Shown: piece after piece, positions 1-8,153 of the stretch | How the letters are laid out: each line of letters opens with the position of its first letter | Numbering within the stretch: the stretch's first letter is position 1 | NCBI GenBank assembly: GCA_044229975.1 | Contig: JBGARZ010000001.1 | Location: 928,001 to 992,000 of the forward strand | Length of the DNA: 64,000 bases | Source: Polyangiales bacterium | Lineage (GTDB): Bacteria > Myxococcota_A > Polyangia > Polyangiales > Ga0077539 | Direction of reading: 5' to 3' | Position numbers and translations under genes: made by a program | Notes under the pieces: generated by a model | The model's input: the letters and a program-made list of their open reading frames with translations, nothing else | What the model was told of the DNA's origin: nothing | Databases searched by the model: none

Positions 1-405
1 GTCATTGAAGTAGAGCGTGAACGTGTAGAGCGCCCCGGCTGCGGTGCCGAGCGAGAGGGCGAGCAGCGGATAGAACCAGCGCTCCAGCAGCGGCACCACC
101 TGCGCCGCCTTCCCGTAGCGGAACAGCTGGTAGAGGATGACCACGTCGAAGACGAACCAGAGGCGGTTGCCGTAGTGGAAGAACCAGTGCAGCCGCGCGT
201 CGGTGAGCTCGAAGGAGTAGATGGCCTCCCACACCACGTTGAGCACGATGCACGGCCACGGGAGCCCGTAGGTCTTCTCCTTGAATCCCCGGTAGATGAT
301 GATGGCGTAGGCCGCCGTCCAGCCGAGGTACATCACCGCCCCGATGGCGACCTGCAACGGGGAGAACCCCGGCTGCCGCATGAGTTCGTCCCAGATGCGT
401 TCCAT
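1..405 (-). CDS. Pyr4/PaxB/XiaH-like integral membrane terpene cyclase family protein (partial, runs off left edge)
   Basis: Manual minus-strand translation from ATG 405 (alt. 414): MERIWDELMRQPGFSPLQVAIGAVMYLGWTAAYAIIIYRGFKEKTYGLPWPCIVLNVVWEAIYSF...RLWFVFDVVILYQLFRYG; WxxxY, YGxP, NxxWE and WxxxD..QxxRYG motifs with several TM helices; no stop before base 1. Confidence 0.75.
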   Translation of the reverse strand, partial: MERIWDELMRQPGFSPLQVAIGAVMYLGWTAAYAIIIYRGFKEKTYGLPWPCIVLNVVWEAIYSFELTDARLHWFFHYGNRLWFVFDVVILYQLFRYGKAAQVVPLLERWFYPLLALSLGTAAGALYTFTLYFND

Positions 406-452
406 GCGAGGCATCTTCGCCCCCGCGCAGGGTTAGCGTCCACGGTTCTCCC

Positions 453-803
453 GTGAGGCTGCACCACCTCGCGCTGCGCACGGCCGACCCGACCGCCCTC
501 GCCCGTTGGTACGCCGCGCTCTTCCTCCTGCCGACGCTCCGTGAGCAGCCCGGCTACTCGGTGTGGCTGTCGCTCGACGGCGCTGCCCTGATGATCGAGC
601 GCGCCTCAACCAACGAGCCCACGGTGCCCGTCGGGTCGATGGAGTTCTTCGCGCTGAGGGTGACGCCGGACGATCGCGACGCCTTCGTCGCGCGCTGCCT
701 CTCGCTGGCGGTGCCCATCGAGCACCGCACGGAGTTCACGGTCTACGTGCGCGACCCCGACGGCCGCCGCGTGGGCGTCTCGTGCTTCGACGGCTTCCCT
801 TGA
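453..803 (+). CDS. VOC/glyoxalase family protein
   Basis: HHLALRTAD..LARWY N-terminus and VYVRDPDGRRV C-terminal motif, 116 aa. Confidence 0.8.
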   Translation: MRLHHLALRTADPTALARWYAALFLLPTLREQPGYSVWLSLDGAALMIERASTNEPTVPVGSMEFFALRVTPDDRDAFVARCLSLAVPIEHRTEFTVYVRDPDGRRVGVSCFDGFP

Positions 804-832
804 AAGCACCGCTGCGGTAGACCGCCCGGCCT

Positions 833-2152
833 ATGGCACACGTCACCGTATTGGGCGCCGGACTCGTGGCAGGGCCCGTGGTCAGGCACATCCTCGAAGC
901 GTCGTCGCACACCGTCACGGTGGCGGCCCGCTCCATCGACCGCGCCAATGAACTGGTGCGCGGCCACGACCGCGGCAGCGCGGCGGCCTTCGACATCGAC
1001 GACGCCGACGCGCTCGACCGCCTCGCCGCCAAGAGCGACGTGATGGTCTCGATGCTCCCGTACCTGCACCATGTGAAGGTCGCCGAGCGCTGCATCGCGC
1101 ACGGCCACCACCTCGTCACGACGTCGTACGTGTCGCCCGCGATGCGCGCCCTCCACGACCGCGCGCAGGCCGCGGGCGTGGTGCTCCTCAACGAGCTCGG
1201 CCTCGACCCGGGCATCGACCACATGTCCGCGATGAAGATCATCCACGGCATCCGCGCGGCGGGCGGGAAGGTCACCTCCTTCCGCTCGTACTGCGGCGGG
1301 CTCCCGGCGCCGGAGGCCAACGACAACCCCTTCGGGTACAAGTTCTCGTGGTCGCCGCGCGGCGTGGTGCTCGCCGCCCGCAACGCCGCGAAGTACCTCC
1401 GCGACGGCGTCGAGGTGGTCATCCCGGGCCCGGAGCTCTTCGCCAATCCAGAGCGCGTCGTCGTCGAAGGGGCGGGCACCTTCGAGGGCTATCCCAACCG
1501 CGACTCCACCGCCTACGTCGCCACCTACGACGTCGCCGGCGTGCAGACGATGTTTCGCGGAACGCTGCGCAACCTCGGCCACTGCGAGACCTGGAAGGCG
1601 ATGGCCGATGTCGGCCTCTTCGACGACGGCACGCGCAGCTACGACAGCGCCACCTTCCGCGGCGTGCTCGCGGCCCTCGCGGGTGTGCCGGTCGACGGTG
1701 ACGTCGAGGGCGCCATCGCCGCCAAGGCCCGCGTCGCCAAGGACAGCGCGCCCATCGCCAAGCTCACCTGGCTGGGGATGTTCGATCGCACCGCACTGCC
1801 CGAGGCCAACCTCTCTCCGCTCGACGCCCTCGTCACGCGCATGCTGGAGAAGCTCCAGTACAAGCCCGGCGAGCGCGACATGATCGCCCTCCAACACGAG
1901 TTCATCGCCGAGTACCCCGACCGCAAGGAGTTCCTGCGCTCGACGCTGGTGGACTTCGGCGTGCCCGGCGGCGAGACCGCGATGTCGCGCACCGTGGGCC
2001 TGCCCGCGGCCATCGGCGTGCTCCGCGTCCTCGACGGAACCATCCGCGACCGCGGCGTCGTCGTGCCCGTCACCCCGGAGGTCTACAACCCGATCCTCGA
2101 CGAGCTCGAAGGCGCGGGCATCCGCTTCCGCGAAGAGCGCCGCCCCGCCTGA
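833..2152 (+). CDS. Saccharopine dehydrogenase (L-glutamate-forming, Lys9-like)
   Basis: GAGLV Rossmann motif, LVTTSY, NELGLDPGIDHM, SYCGGLPAPEANDNPFGYKFSWSPRG, RGTLR, TAMSRTVG. Confidence 0.9.
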   Translation: MAHVTVLGAGLVAGPVVRHILEASSHTVTVAARSIDRANELVRGHDRGSAAAFDIDDADALDRLAAKSDVMVSMLPYLHHVKVAERCIAHGHHLVTTSYVSPAMRALHDRAQAAGVVLLNELGLDPGIDHMSAMKIIHGIRAAGGKVTSFRSYCGGLPAPEANDNPFGYKFSWSPRGVVLAARNAAKYLRDGVEVVIPGPELFANPERVVVEGAGTFEGYPNRDSTAYVATYDVAGVQTMFRGTLRNLGHCETWKAMADVGLFDDGTRSYDSATFRGVLAALAGVPVDGDVEGAIAAKARVAKDSAPIAKLTWLGMFDRTALPEANLSPLDALVTRMLEKLQYKPGERDMIALQHEFIAEYPDRKEFLRSTLVDFGVPGGETAMSRTVGLPAAIGVLRVLDGTIRDRGVVVPVTPEVYNPILDELEGAGIRFREERRPA

Positions 2153-2153
2153 G

Positions 2154-2915
2154 ATGACCCCCGCTCGGGTCTTCGATCACGCCCTCCTCCTCCTCGCGCT
2201 CCTCGGTGTGGTGCTGCTCGTGCTCAAGCGCGAGCTGCTCATCCCGTCGCGACGCGCCCGCTGGGCCCTGCGCCTCGGCTTCGTCGCGTGGGCATTGCTC
2301 TGGGTATCCGCCACGCCCGCGGTGTCCGGCGCCCTCGTTCGCGCGCTCGAACCGTCGCTCCCGTTGGCCGCCGCGGTCGTCCCTGTTGCGACGCGCGCAC
2401 AGACGGCCTTCGTGGTGCTGGGTTCGGGTGTGCTGCCCGCGATGGCGGGTGTGCCTCCCCGCGAGCGGCTCGACAGCGCAGCGCGCGCTCGCACCTACGG
2501 GGCCGCGCGGTGGTTTCAGCCCACCCAACCCGCGGCGGTGATCGTCTCGGGCGCGAGCGCCGGCCCCAACCCCAACGCCTCGGCCGAGGCCATGGCGGAC
2601 GCGCTCGTGTACGCGGGCGTTCCGCGCGAGCGCATCTGGTTGGAGCCGCGCGCCACCGACACCCGCGACAACGCGCGGTACAGCGTCGAGCTCGGTCGCA
2701 CCCGCGGCATCACGCGCTTCGTGGTCGTGACGTCGGCGCTGCACATGCCCAGGGCGCTGCGCGAGTTCCGTCGCGCGGGGGTCGATCCCGTCGCGGCGCC
2801 GGTCGAGTACCTCGGGCCGAGCTTTGGCGGCGTGACCGAGTGGTTTCCGGCGGCCTCATCGCTCGGCCGCACGCAGCAGGTGCTGCACGAGCTGCTCGGG
2901 ATGCTGAAGCCGTGA
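2154..2915 (+). CDS. YdcF/ElyC (DUF218) family membrane protein
   Basis: Two N-terminal TM helices, VVLGSG, VIVSG, EAMA, LEPRATDTRDNA, VVTSALHMPRA, LHELLG. Confidence 0.9.
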   Translation: MTPARVFDHALLLLALLGVVLLVLKRELLIPSRRARWALRLGFVAWALLWVSATPAVSGALVRALEPSLPLAAAVVPVATRAQTAFVVLGSGVLPAMAGVPPRERLDSAARARTYGAARWFQPTQPAAVIVSGASAGPNPNASAEAMADALVYAGVPRERIWLEPRATDTRDNARYSVELGRTRGITRFVVVTSALHMPRALREFRRAGVDPVAAPVEYLGPSFGGVTEWFPAASSLGRTQQVLHELLGMLKP

Positions 2916-3023
2916 CATAGACTGTCCGCCGAAAATTCAGTGATCTGTTCAGTGCTGGTCAGAATCACACCGTTGCCAGCGACCCCACCAAAGGGGAAAG
3001 CAGTACGGAAGGGTAGAGACGCC

Positions 3024-3209
3024 ATGCACGACGACGATCAGGACGAGGGGCTCACCACGGCGGGGGCCCGCTACCTCATCAGCGACCGCGACCTCGACGC
3101 CCTCGCGGAGGCCGAGATGGCCTTCGCGCGTTGGGAGCAGACGCGCCGCTGGTGGCTCGTCGGCTGCCTCGACGACCGGGCCGCGCTCGACAAGGCCAAC
3201 AGCGCCTGA
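3024..3209 (+). CDS. Small acidic hypothetical protein (61 aa)
   Basis: ATG 3024 after a purine-rich stretch, GC3-biased codons; MHDDDQDEGLTTAGARYLISDRDLDALAEAEMAFARWEQTRRWWLVGCLDDRAALDKANSA. Confidence 0.5.
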   Translation: MHDDDQDEGLTTAGARYLISDRDLDALAEAEMAFARWEQTRRWWLVGCLDDRAALDKANSA

Positions 3210-3229
3210 CCGACGCGCAACCAACGCGC

Positions 3230-4087
3230 ATGGCCACCCGGTTGAAGGCTGGTGCTGTTCAGGCGCTGCTGCTCTCCCGTCAGCGGGAGCTGCTCCGAGA
3301 CGTGGCGCGCGAGGTCGGCGCGGAGGTGTTGTTCCTGAAGGCGGCGTGGGCAGACGCCGCGCTGTTTGGAGGGCGCGGCGATCGGGTGGGCAGCGACCTC
3401 GACGTGCTCGTCACCCCGGAGCGCTTCACCGACTACGCCAACGCGCTCGAAGCCCGCGGCTTCACCCGCTACGAGCCGGTCACCCACCGCGCGACCGTCA
3501 CCCTCGGCTCCAAGGAGTGGACCTACTCCCACCCCGGCGCGTGGATGCCCGTCGACCTGCACCGCGAGCTCGCCGAGCCGCCGTGGTTCACGTTCGATGT
3601 CGCAGCGGTGCTCTCGCGCGCCGTGGAGTGGCCCGCGGTGGGCGGCCCCATCCGCTCGCTGGGCCCTGAAGACCAGGTGCTCTACGCGGCGGTTCACTAC
3701 GCCAACCATCTCTACGAGATCGACGATCGACACGCGGGGGACATCGCCCGCCTGCTCACGTCGCACGCCGTGGACTGGTCGCTGATCTACCGCGAGGCCG
3801 ACCGCGGGGGCATGCGACTCATCGCGGAGGTCTTCGCCGAGCACCTGCGCGCACGCGGCCTCGACGTGCCCGCGCCGCCGTGGCCCGCGTCGGCGTTCAC
3901 ACGACTGCGACGCGACTGGGTCGGCCGCTGGGTCGACGTGGGCGCGACCTTCGCGCGGCGGAGTGCTGTGGGGAGGTACACCGGGCTGCTGTTGGAGCGC
4001 CCGGTGTTGAGTGATCGATGGGAGGCGCTGCCCCGTTGGGCGCTCAGGTACGCGGCCTTGCGTGCGCTCGACCGCGTCCTGCGCTGA
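3230..4087 (+). CDS. Nucleotidyltransferase family protein (NTP_transf_5-like)
   Basis: FLKAAW (LKG-like), RVGSDLDVLV, VDLH, PEDQVLYAAVH, DIARLL..VDW; start placed at ATG 3230. Confidence 0.85.
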   Translation: MATRLKAGAVQALLLSRQRELLRDVAREVGAEVLFLKAAWADAALFGGRGDRVGSDLDVLVTPERFTDYANALEARGFTRYEPVTHRATVTLGSKEWTYSHPGAWMPVDLHRELAEPPWFTFDVAAVLSRAVEWPAVGGPIRSLGPEDQVLYAAVHYANHLYEIDDRHAGDIARLLTSHAVDWSLIYREADRGGMRLIAEVFAEHLRARGLDVPAPPWPASAFTRLRRDWVGRWVDVGATFARRSAVGRYTGLLLERPVLSDRWEALPRWALRYAALRALDRVLR

Positions 4088-4101
4088 CCCTCCCGGGTCA
4101 G
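4084..4101. terminator. Short hairpin between convergent genes containing both stop codons
   Basis: CTGACCC-TCCC-GGGTCAG; TGA 4085-4087 (+) and TGA 4098-4100 (-) lie in the stem. Confidence 0.3.
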
Positions 4102-4265
4102 GTGTTGGCGAACCCGCCCTCTTCGTCACACGCGCCGGCGTTCTTCCCGCCGGAGCCCGTGTCACACGCGAGGCTATAGGTCTCCAGTGGAAGGTCTTCG
4201 ACGACGCGCGGTGCTTCGTACGGCAGGAGGGCGGAATGGTTGGGCATGGTGTTCTCGGGGGACAT
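4098..4265 (-). CDS. Putative RiPP precursor peptide (55 aa)
   Basis: GAGGAG SD 7 nt before ATG 4265; MSPENTMPNHSALLPYEAPRVVEDLPLETYSLACDTGSGGKNAGACDEEGGFANT; YxxPxV leader motif, two Cys in a Gly/acid-rich tail, last gene of a PqqD/rSAM gene run. Confidence 0.8.
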   Translation of the reverse strand: MSPENTMPNHSALLPYEAPRVVEDLPLETYSLACDTGSGGKNAGACDEEGGFANT

Positions 4266-4299
4266 GGAGTGACTCCTCATGGAAGGTTGAAGCGGCTGC

Positions 4300-7200
4300 T
4301 CACCGCACGATGAACAGCGCACCAGAAGCGGTCTGGGTGAAGGCCGCGTCGACGGCTCCGTCGCTGTCGATGTCGCCCACCCACGACGTGCTGGAGATCG
4401 TGGCGGCGCTGGTGCCTGTGGGCGACACCACGAAGCGATCGGCCGTGTCGGTGGTCTGCCCCGCCCAGGAAGCGCGGCCGCGGTATGCGTAGAAGCGTGC
4501 CGCGCTGTTGAGCTGATACGCGGCGCTGCCGAGGAGGAGGTCGGCCGAGGGGGCGCCGCTCAGCAGCAGCGAGGGGCGCACCTGCGTCGGGTCGGTGATG
4601 GAGGCGATGGAGCGACCGAAGATGTCGAGCAGGGCGCCAGCGGCCGTGGTGCGAACGCTCCCGCCCGCAGCGAGACCGCCGTCGGTGCCGCCGAAGTACA
4701 GGAACACCTCGCCCGCGCCGCCAGTGGTGCCGATGTTGCCCACGGCGAAGTCGCTACGACCATCGCCGTTGATGTCGCCGACACCCGCGACGACGTTCTG
4801 ACCGTTGGCCGCGGTCGAGCCGGTCACGCTGCCGGGCACCTGACCCGGGCGGGTGAAGGTCGCGTCGGTCGCGGTGAGCGAGAGCGGGGTCGCGAGCGAC
4901 CGGCCCGCGAACACATACGCCGCCGCCGGGGTGCCCGACGCGCCGCCGCCGATGGCGAGATCTTCGAGCAGGTCGTTGCCGACCAGGCGACCCGCGCCGG
5001 CGAGGGAGATGCCGAACACCGTCGCCGTGCCGCTGTTGCGGATGGTGAGGTCGGCACCGTTGGGGGAGAGCGTGGCGGGCCAGGTGCGGCGACCGCGGAA
5101 CAACACCACCGCGCCGCCGCCCGTCGCGATGGGCGCGGCGATGGCGACGTCGTTGAGGTTGTCGACGTCGCCATCGAAGTTGCCGACGCGAGCCAGCGTG
5201 GCGCCGAGGCGGGCCGGGGCGAAGTCGCCCGTGCCACCGCCGATGGTCACGTTGGCCTCGGACGCGAGGTAGGCCATCGCAGTGCCCGTGCGCCACATGG
5301 CGGCCGGGCGGCCGAAGAAGAGGTACACGCTGCCCGCGCGGGTGCCCGACGTCGGGCCCGGCTCGCCGATGGCGATGTCACCGACGCCGTCGCCGTTGAT
5401 GTCGCCGAGCGACGCGACCACGGTGCCGAAGCGACCGTCGGACACCGAGCCGCGGAACTCGGTGAAGTTGGTCTCGGAGAGCCCGGTCGCGGAGCCGAAG
5501 TAGATGCGCGCGAAGCCGCCGGCGCTCGTGCCCTGGGTGGACGAGGCCAGGAGCACGTCCGAGATGCCGTCGCCGTTGAGGTCGAACCCACCGGAGACGG
5601 CGTTGCCGAGCAACGGCGACGCCACGGTGATCTGATCGACCACCACGTCGGGCGTGAGCGGGCCGGCCGAGACCACCGTCGCGCTCGTGTTGCCCACTGC
5701 GTCGAAGGAGCGCATCGCGAAGTAGTAGGCCCGACCGAGCTGGAGGCCGTTGATGTCAGCGGTGTTCGCAGCGCCGGGGGTGCCCGGCGTGGCCGTGATG
5801 ACGGCGAGCGTGGCGCTGGAGAAGTTGGACGCGGTGATGGCGGCCGCGGAGTAGCGAACCTCGTAGCGGCCCACCGGGCGAGTGCCGGTGCCCGAGGGGT
5901 TGGCGTCGGAGCCGTCGTTCCAGGTGAGGCGGACGATGCCCGCGCGGCGCGCCGAGCGCGGGGTCGTCGGGATGGCAGCCACGAAGTCGGTCGGTGCCGT
6001 CGGGATGGCCGTGTCGACCACCACCGTGACCGATGCCGTGCCTACGCCGCGGCCCGTGACTTCGGCGGTGGTCGCCGTGAGGTTGACGGCGTCGCCCTGC
6101 GGGAGCGTGACGCCCGAGAAGGTCACCGTGCCGCCCGCAACGGTGCTCGTCACGGCGGTGCCGCCGTTGATGCGGAGGCTCACCACCGTGCCCGCCGGGG
6201 CGTCGGAGGTGAGCGTCACCGTGGTCGTCGCCGTGGTGAAGAGGGCGCCCGCGGTGGGGGCCGTAAACGCGAGCGTCGGGGGGTTGCCGACGGTGACGGT
6301 GCACATCCCGTTGGTGGTGCTCGCGTTGCCTGCCGGGTCGGTCGCCGCCAGCCGCAACGTGGTCACGCCCGGGAAGAACTGTAGATCGGAGAAGGTGCCC
6401 GTGCCGCCCGTCATGGTCGGCGCCGTCAGCGGAATCTGCCGCGGCATGTCGCCCATGCGTTCGAGCGTGAGGTTGATGGGATAGGCGTCGCTGCTCACGA
6501 TGACGGCGGCGCGCGCAGTGCCATCCGTGCCCGGCGCCACGATGCGGTTGCAGTTGAAGATGTTGAGCGTGGGGGCCGACGAGTCGACGTAGAGCACCGA
6601 GGCCACCGAGGCGCCGCGGTCGCCCGTGGTGTCGGTCACCTGCACGCGAATGGTCGGGCCGGTGGGCGCGGGAGAGGACGGGTCGGTGCGGGTCGGCGAG
6701 GTCTCCGGCAGCGTGACGTTGGCGAAGCGGGCGATGCCGACGAAGCCCATGCCCAGCGTCGCGCAGGGGTCACCCGCCATGGTCGGGGACACCGTCGCCG
6801 TCGCGATGGGGGCCGCCACCATGTCGCGGAGGAGCTCGGCGGTGCCCGACATGCGGTCGGTGCAGGCCACCACCTCGGCCTGGAGGCCCGGCGCCGTGGT
6901 GTCGCGGTCGCGCGCCGCGTTGAGGATGGTGCCAGGGTCGGCCGCGTCGTACGCGACCGGGGCCACGATGCGCACCGACGGCAGCGCCGACTGACAGCGC
7001 ACGTTGGCGATGGTGCTGCGAGCGACGTTGCCCGCCGCGTCCTGCGTCGAGACCTCGACGGTGAAGGGAGCGCCGCCATCGGGACAGGTGACCTGCACGC
7101 ACGCGTCGGTGGTGGCCGAGGCCGGGACGTCGGCGCAGCCCGCCGGGTCGGCCGGGGTCGAGCCCATCACGTTGGCGCACACCCGGCGCCCCGCCGCGTC

Positions 7201-8100
7201 GCTGCGCGCGCACACGTTGAACTGCACGCCCGCGACCGCGGTGTTGACGTCACCCGAGAGGCCGATGGTCGCGTTGGCCATCGGGCTCTGCACGGTGAGC
7301 GTGGGCGCCACCGAGTCGACGGTGAAGCGGCCCTCGGCCGAGCGGCCCACGTTGCCCGCGCGGTTGGTGCACGTCGCGCGCGCCACGAACTCTCCGTCGG
7401 GCGCGAGCGCCACGTTGTTGAAGCGAGCGACCCCGGCCATGACGGCGGCGCGCAAGGGCGTCGCGGTGCCCGTGATGGCGAGCTCGACCTCGCGGCCGTC
7501 CTCCACGTCGGTGCCGACGGTGAAGGTCGTCGCGAAGGGCATGCCCGCGGCGGCGGTGCTGTCGGTCAGGTTGAGCGTCGAGCGCATCGGCGTCGCGATG
7601 GAGCAGCGGGGCACCGCGCAGCTGACCGAGAGCGTGGTGCGACCGCACGGCGCGCTCTCCCCGGCGACGCGCACCTCCAGCGAGGACATCGCGCCGGTGT
7701 CGAACTGCACCGCCTCGAAGCGCACCGTGGGGCCGCTCACGGTGGCGGTGGCCACGCTGCGGGTGTTGACGAAGAGCTCGAGCCGGGTGCCCACGGCCGC
7801 GTTGGTCGCGAGCTGCACCGTGTACGCGAAGCCGTTGCTGCAGTTGTTGTCGGCGTCGTCGGCGACGCCCAGCACCGCCGCGGCGGTCGGGCGCACGAAC
7901 TCGATGGACGGACAGAGCGCGCCCGCATCGTTGCCCGCGTCGTTGCCCGCATCGTTGCCAACGTCGGTCCCGGTGTCGCCGCCCACGTCGCCACCGGCGT
8001 CACCCGCGTCGCCCGCAGGGGCAGGCGGGTCGTCGGAGCAGCCCACGGCTGCGGCGGCGAGAAACGGAAGCAGCAAGCCCAAACGGATGCGATGCGCCAT
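4300..8100 (-). CDS. Large surface lipoprotein with Ig-like repeats, FN3 domain and FG-GAP (integrin-alpha-like) beta-propeller
   Basis: Signal LLLPFLAAAAVG-C; D/A/G linker; repeated DxAGN Ig-strand motifs; LTW...YYFAMRSFDAVGN FN3; DLNGDG/DINGDG repeats with G.VYLFFG. Confidence 0.85.
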   Translation of the reverse strand: MAHRIRLGLLLPFLAAAAVGCSDDPPAPAGDAGDAGGDVGGDTGTDVGNDAGNDAGNDAGALCPSIEFVRPTAAAVLGVADDADNNCSNGFAYTVQLATNAAVGTRLELFVNTRSVATATVSGPTVRFEAVQFDTGAMSSLEVRVAGESAPCGRTTLSVSCAVPRCSIATPMRSTLNLTDSTAAAGMPFATTFTVGTDVEDGREVELAITGTATPLRAAVMAGVARFNNVALAPDGEFVARATCTNRAGNVGRSAEGRFTVDSVAPTLTVQSPMANATIGLSGDVNTAVAGVQFNVCARSDAAGRRVCANVMGSTPADPAGCADVPASATTDACVQVTCPDGGAPFTVEVSTQDAAGNVARSTIANVRCQSALPSVRIVAPVAYDAADPGTILNAARDRDTTAPGLQAEVVACTDRMSGTAELLRDMVAAPIATATVSPTMAGDPCATLGMGFVGIARFANVTLPETSPTRTDPSSPAPTGPTIRVQVTDTTGDRGASVASVLYVDSSAPTLNIFNCNRIVAPGTDGTARAAVIVSSDAYPINLTLERMGDMPRQIPLTAPTMTGGTGTFSDLQFFPGVTTLRLAATDPAGNASTTNGMCTVTVGNPPTLAFTAPTAGALFTTATTTVTLTSDAPAGTVVSLRINGGTAVTSTVAGGTVTFSGVTLPQGDAVNLTATTAEVTGRGVGTASVTVVVDTAIPTAPTDFVAAIPTTPRSARRAGIVRLTWNDGSDANPSGTGTRPVGRYEVRYSAAAITASNFSSATLAVITATPGTPGAANTADINGLQLGRAYYFAMRSFDAVGNTSATVVSAGPLTPDVVVDQITVASPLLGNAVSGGFDLNGDGISDVLLASSTQGTSAGGFARIYFGSATGLSETNFTEFRGSVSDGRFGTVVASLGDINGDGVGDIAIGEPGPTSGTRAGSVYLFFGRPAAMWRTGTAMAYLASEANVTIGGGTGDFAPARLGATLARVGNFDGDVDNLNDVAIAAPIATGGGAVVLFRGRRTWPATLSPNGADLTIRNSGTATVFGISLAGAGRLVGNDLLEDLAIGGGASGTPAAAYVFAGRSLATPLSLTATDATFTRPGQVPGSVTGSTAANGQNVVAGVGDINGDGRSDFAVGNIGTTGGAGEVFLYFGGTDGGLAAGGSVRTTAAGALLDIFGRSIASITDPTQVRPSLLLSGAPSADLLLGSAAYQLNSAARFYAYRGRASWAGQTTDTADRFVVSPTGTSAATISSTSWVGDIDSDGAVDAAFTQTASGALFIVR
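7921..7956. repeat. 12-nt coding tandem repeat x3 (NDAG linker)
   Basis: GCCCGC(A/G)TCGTT three times. Confidence 0.7.
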
Positions 8101-8153
8101 GGTGGATCCCCGTCAGAATGGAAGGTTCGAAGCGTGTGAGGTCGCGGGTTCTA

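Noticed and set aside
4098..4265. SLAC as a lipoprotein lipobox
   Set aside because: No hydrophobic h-region; the preceding segment is acidic.
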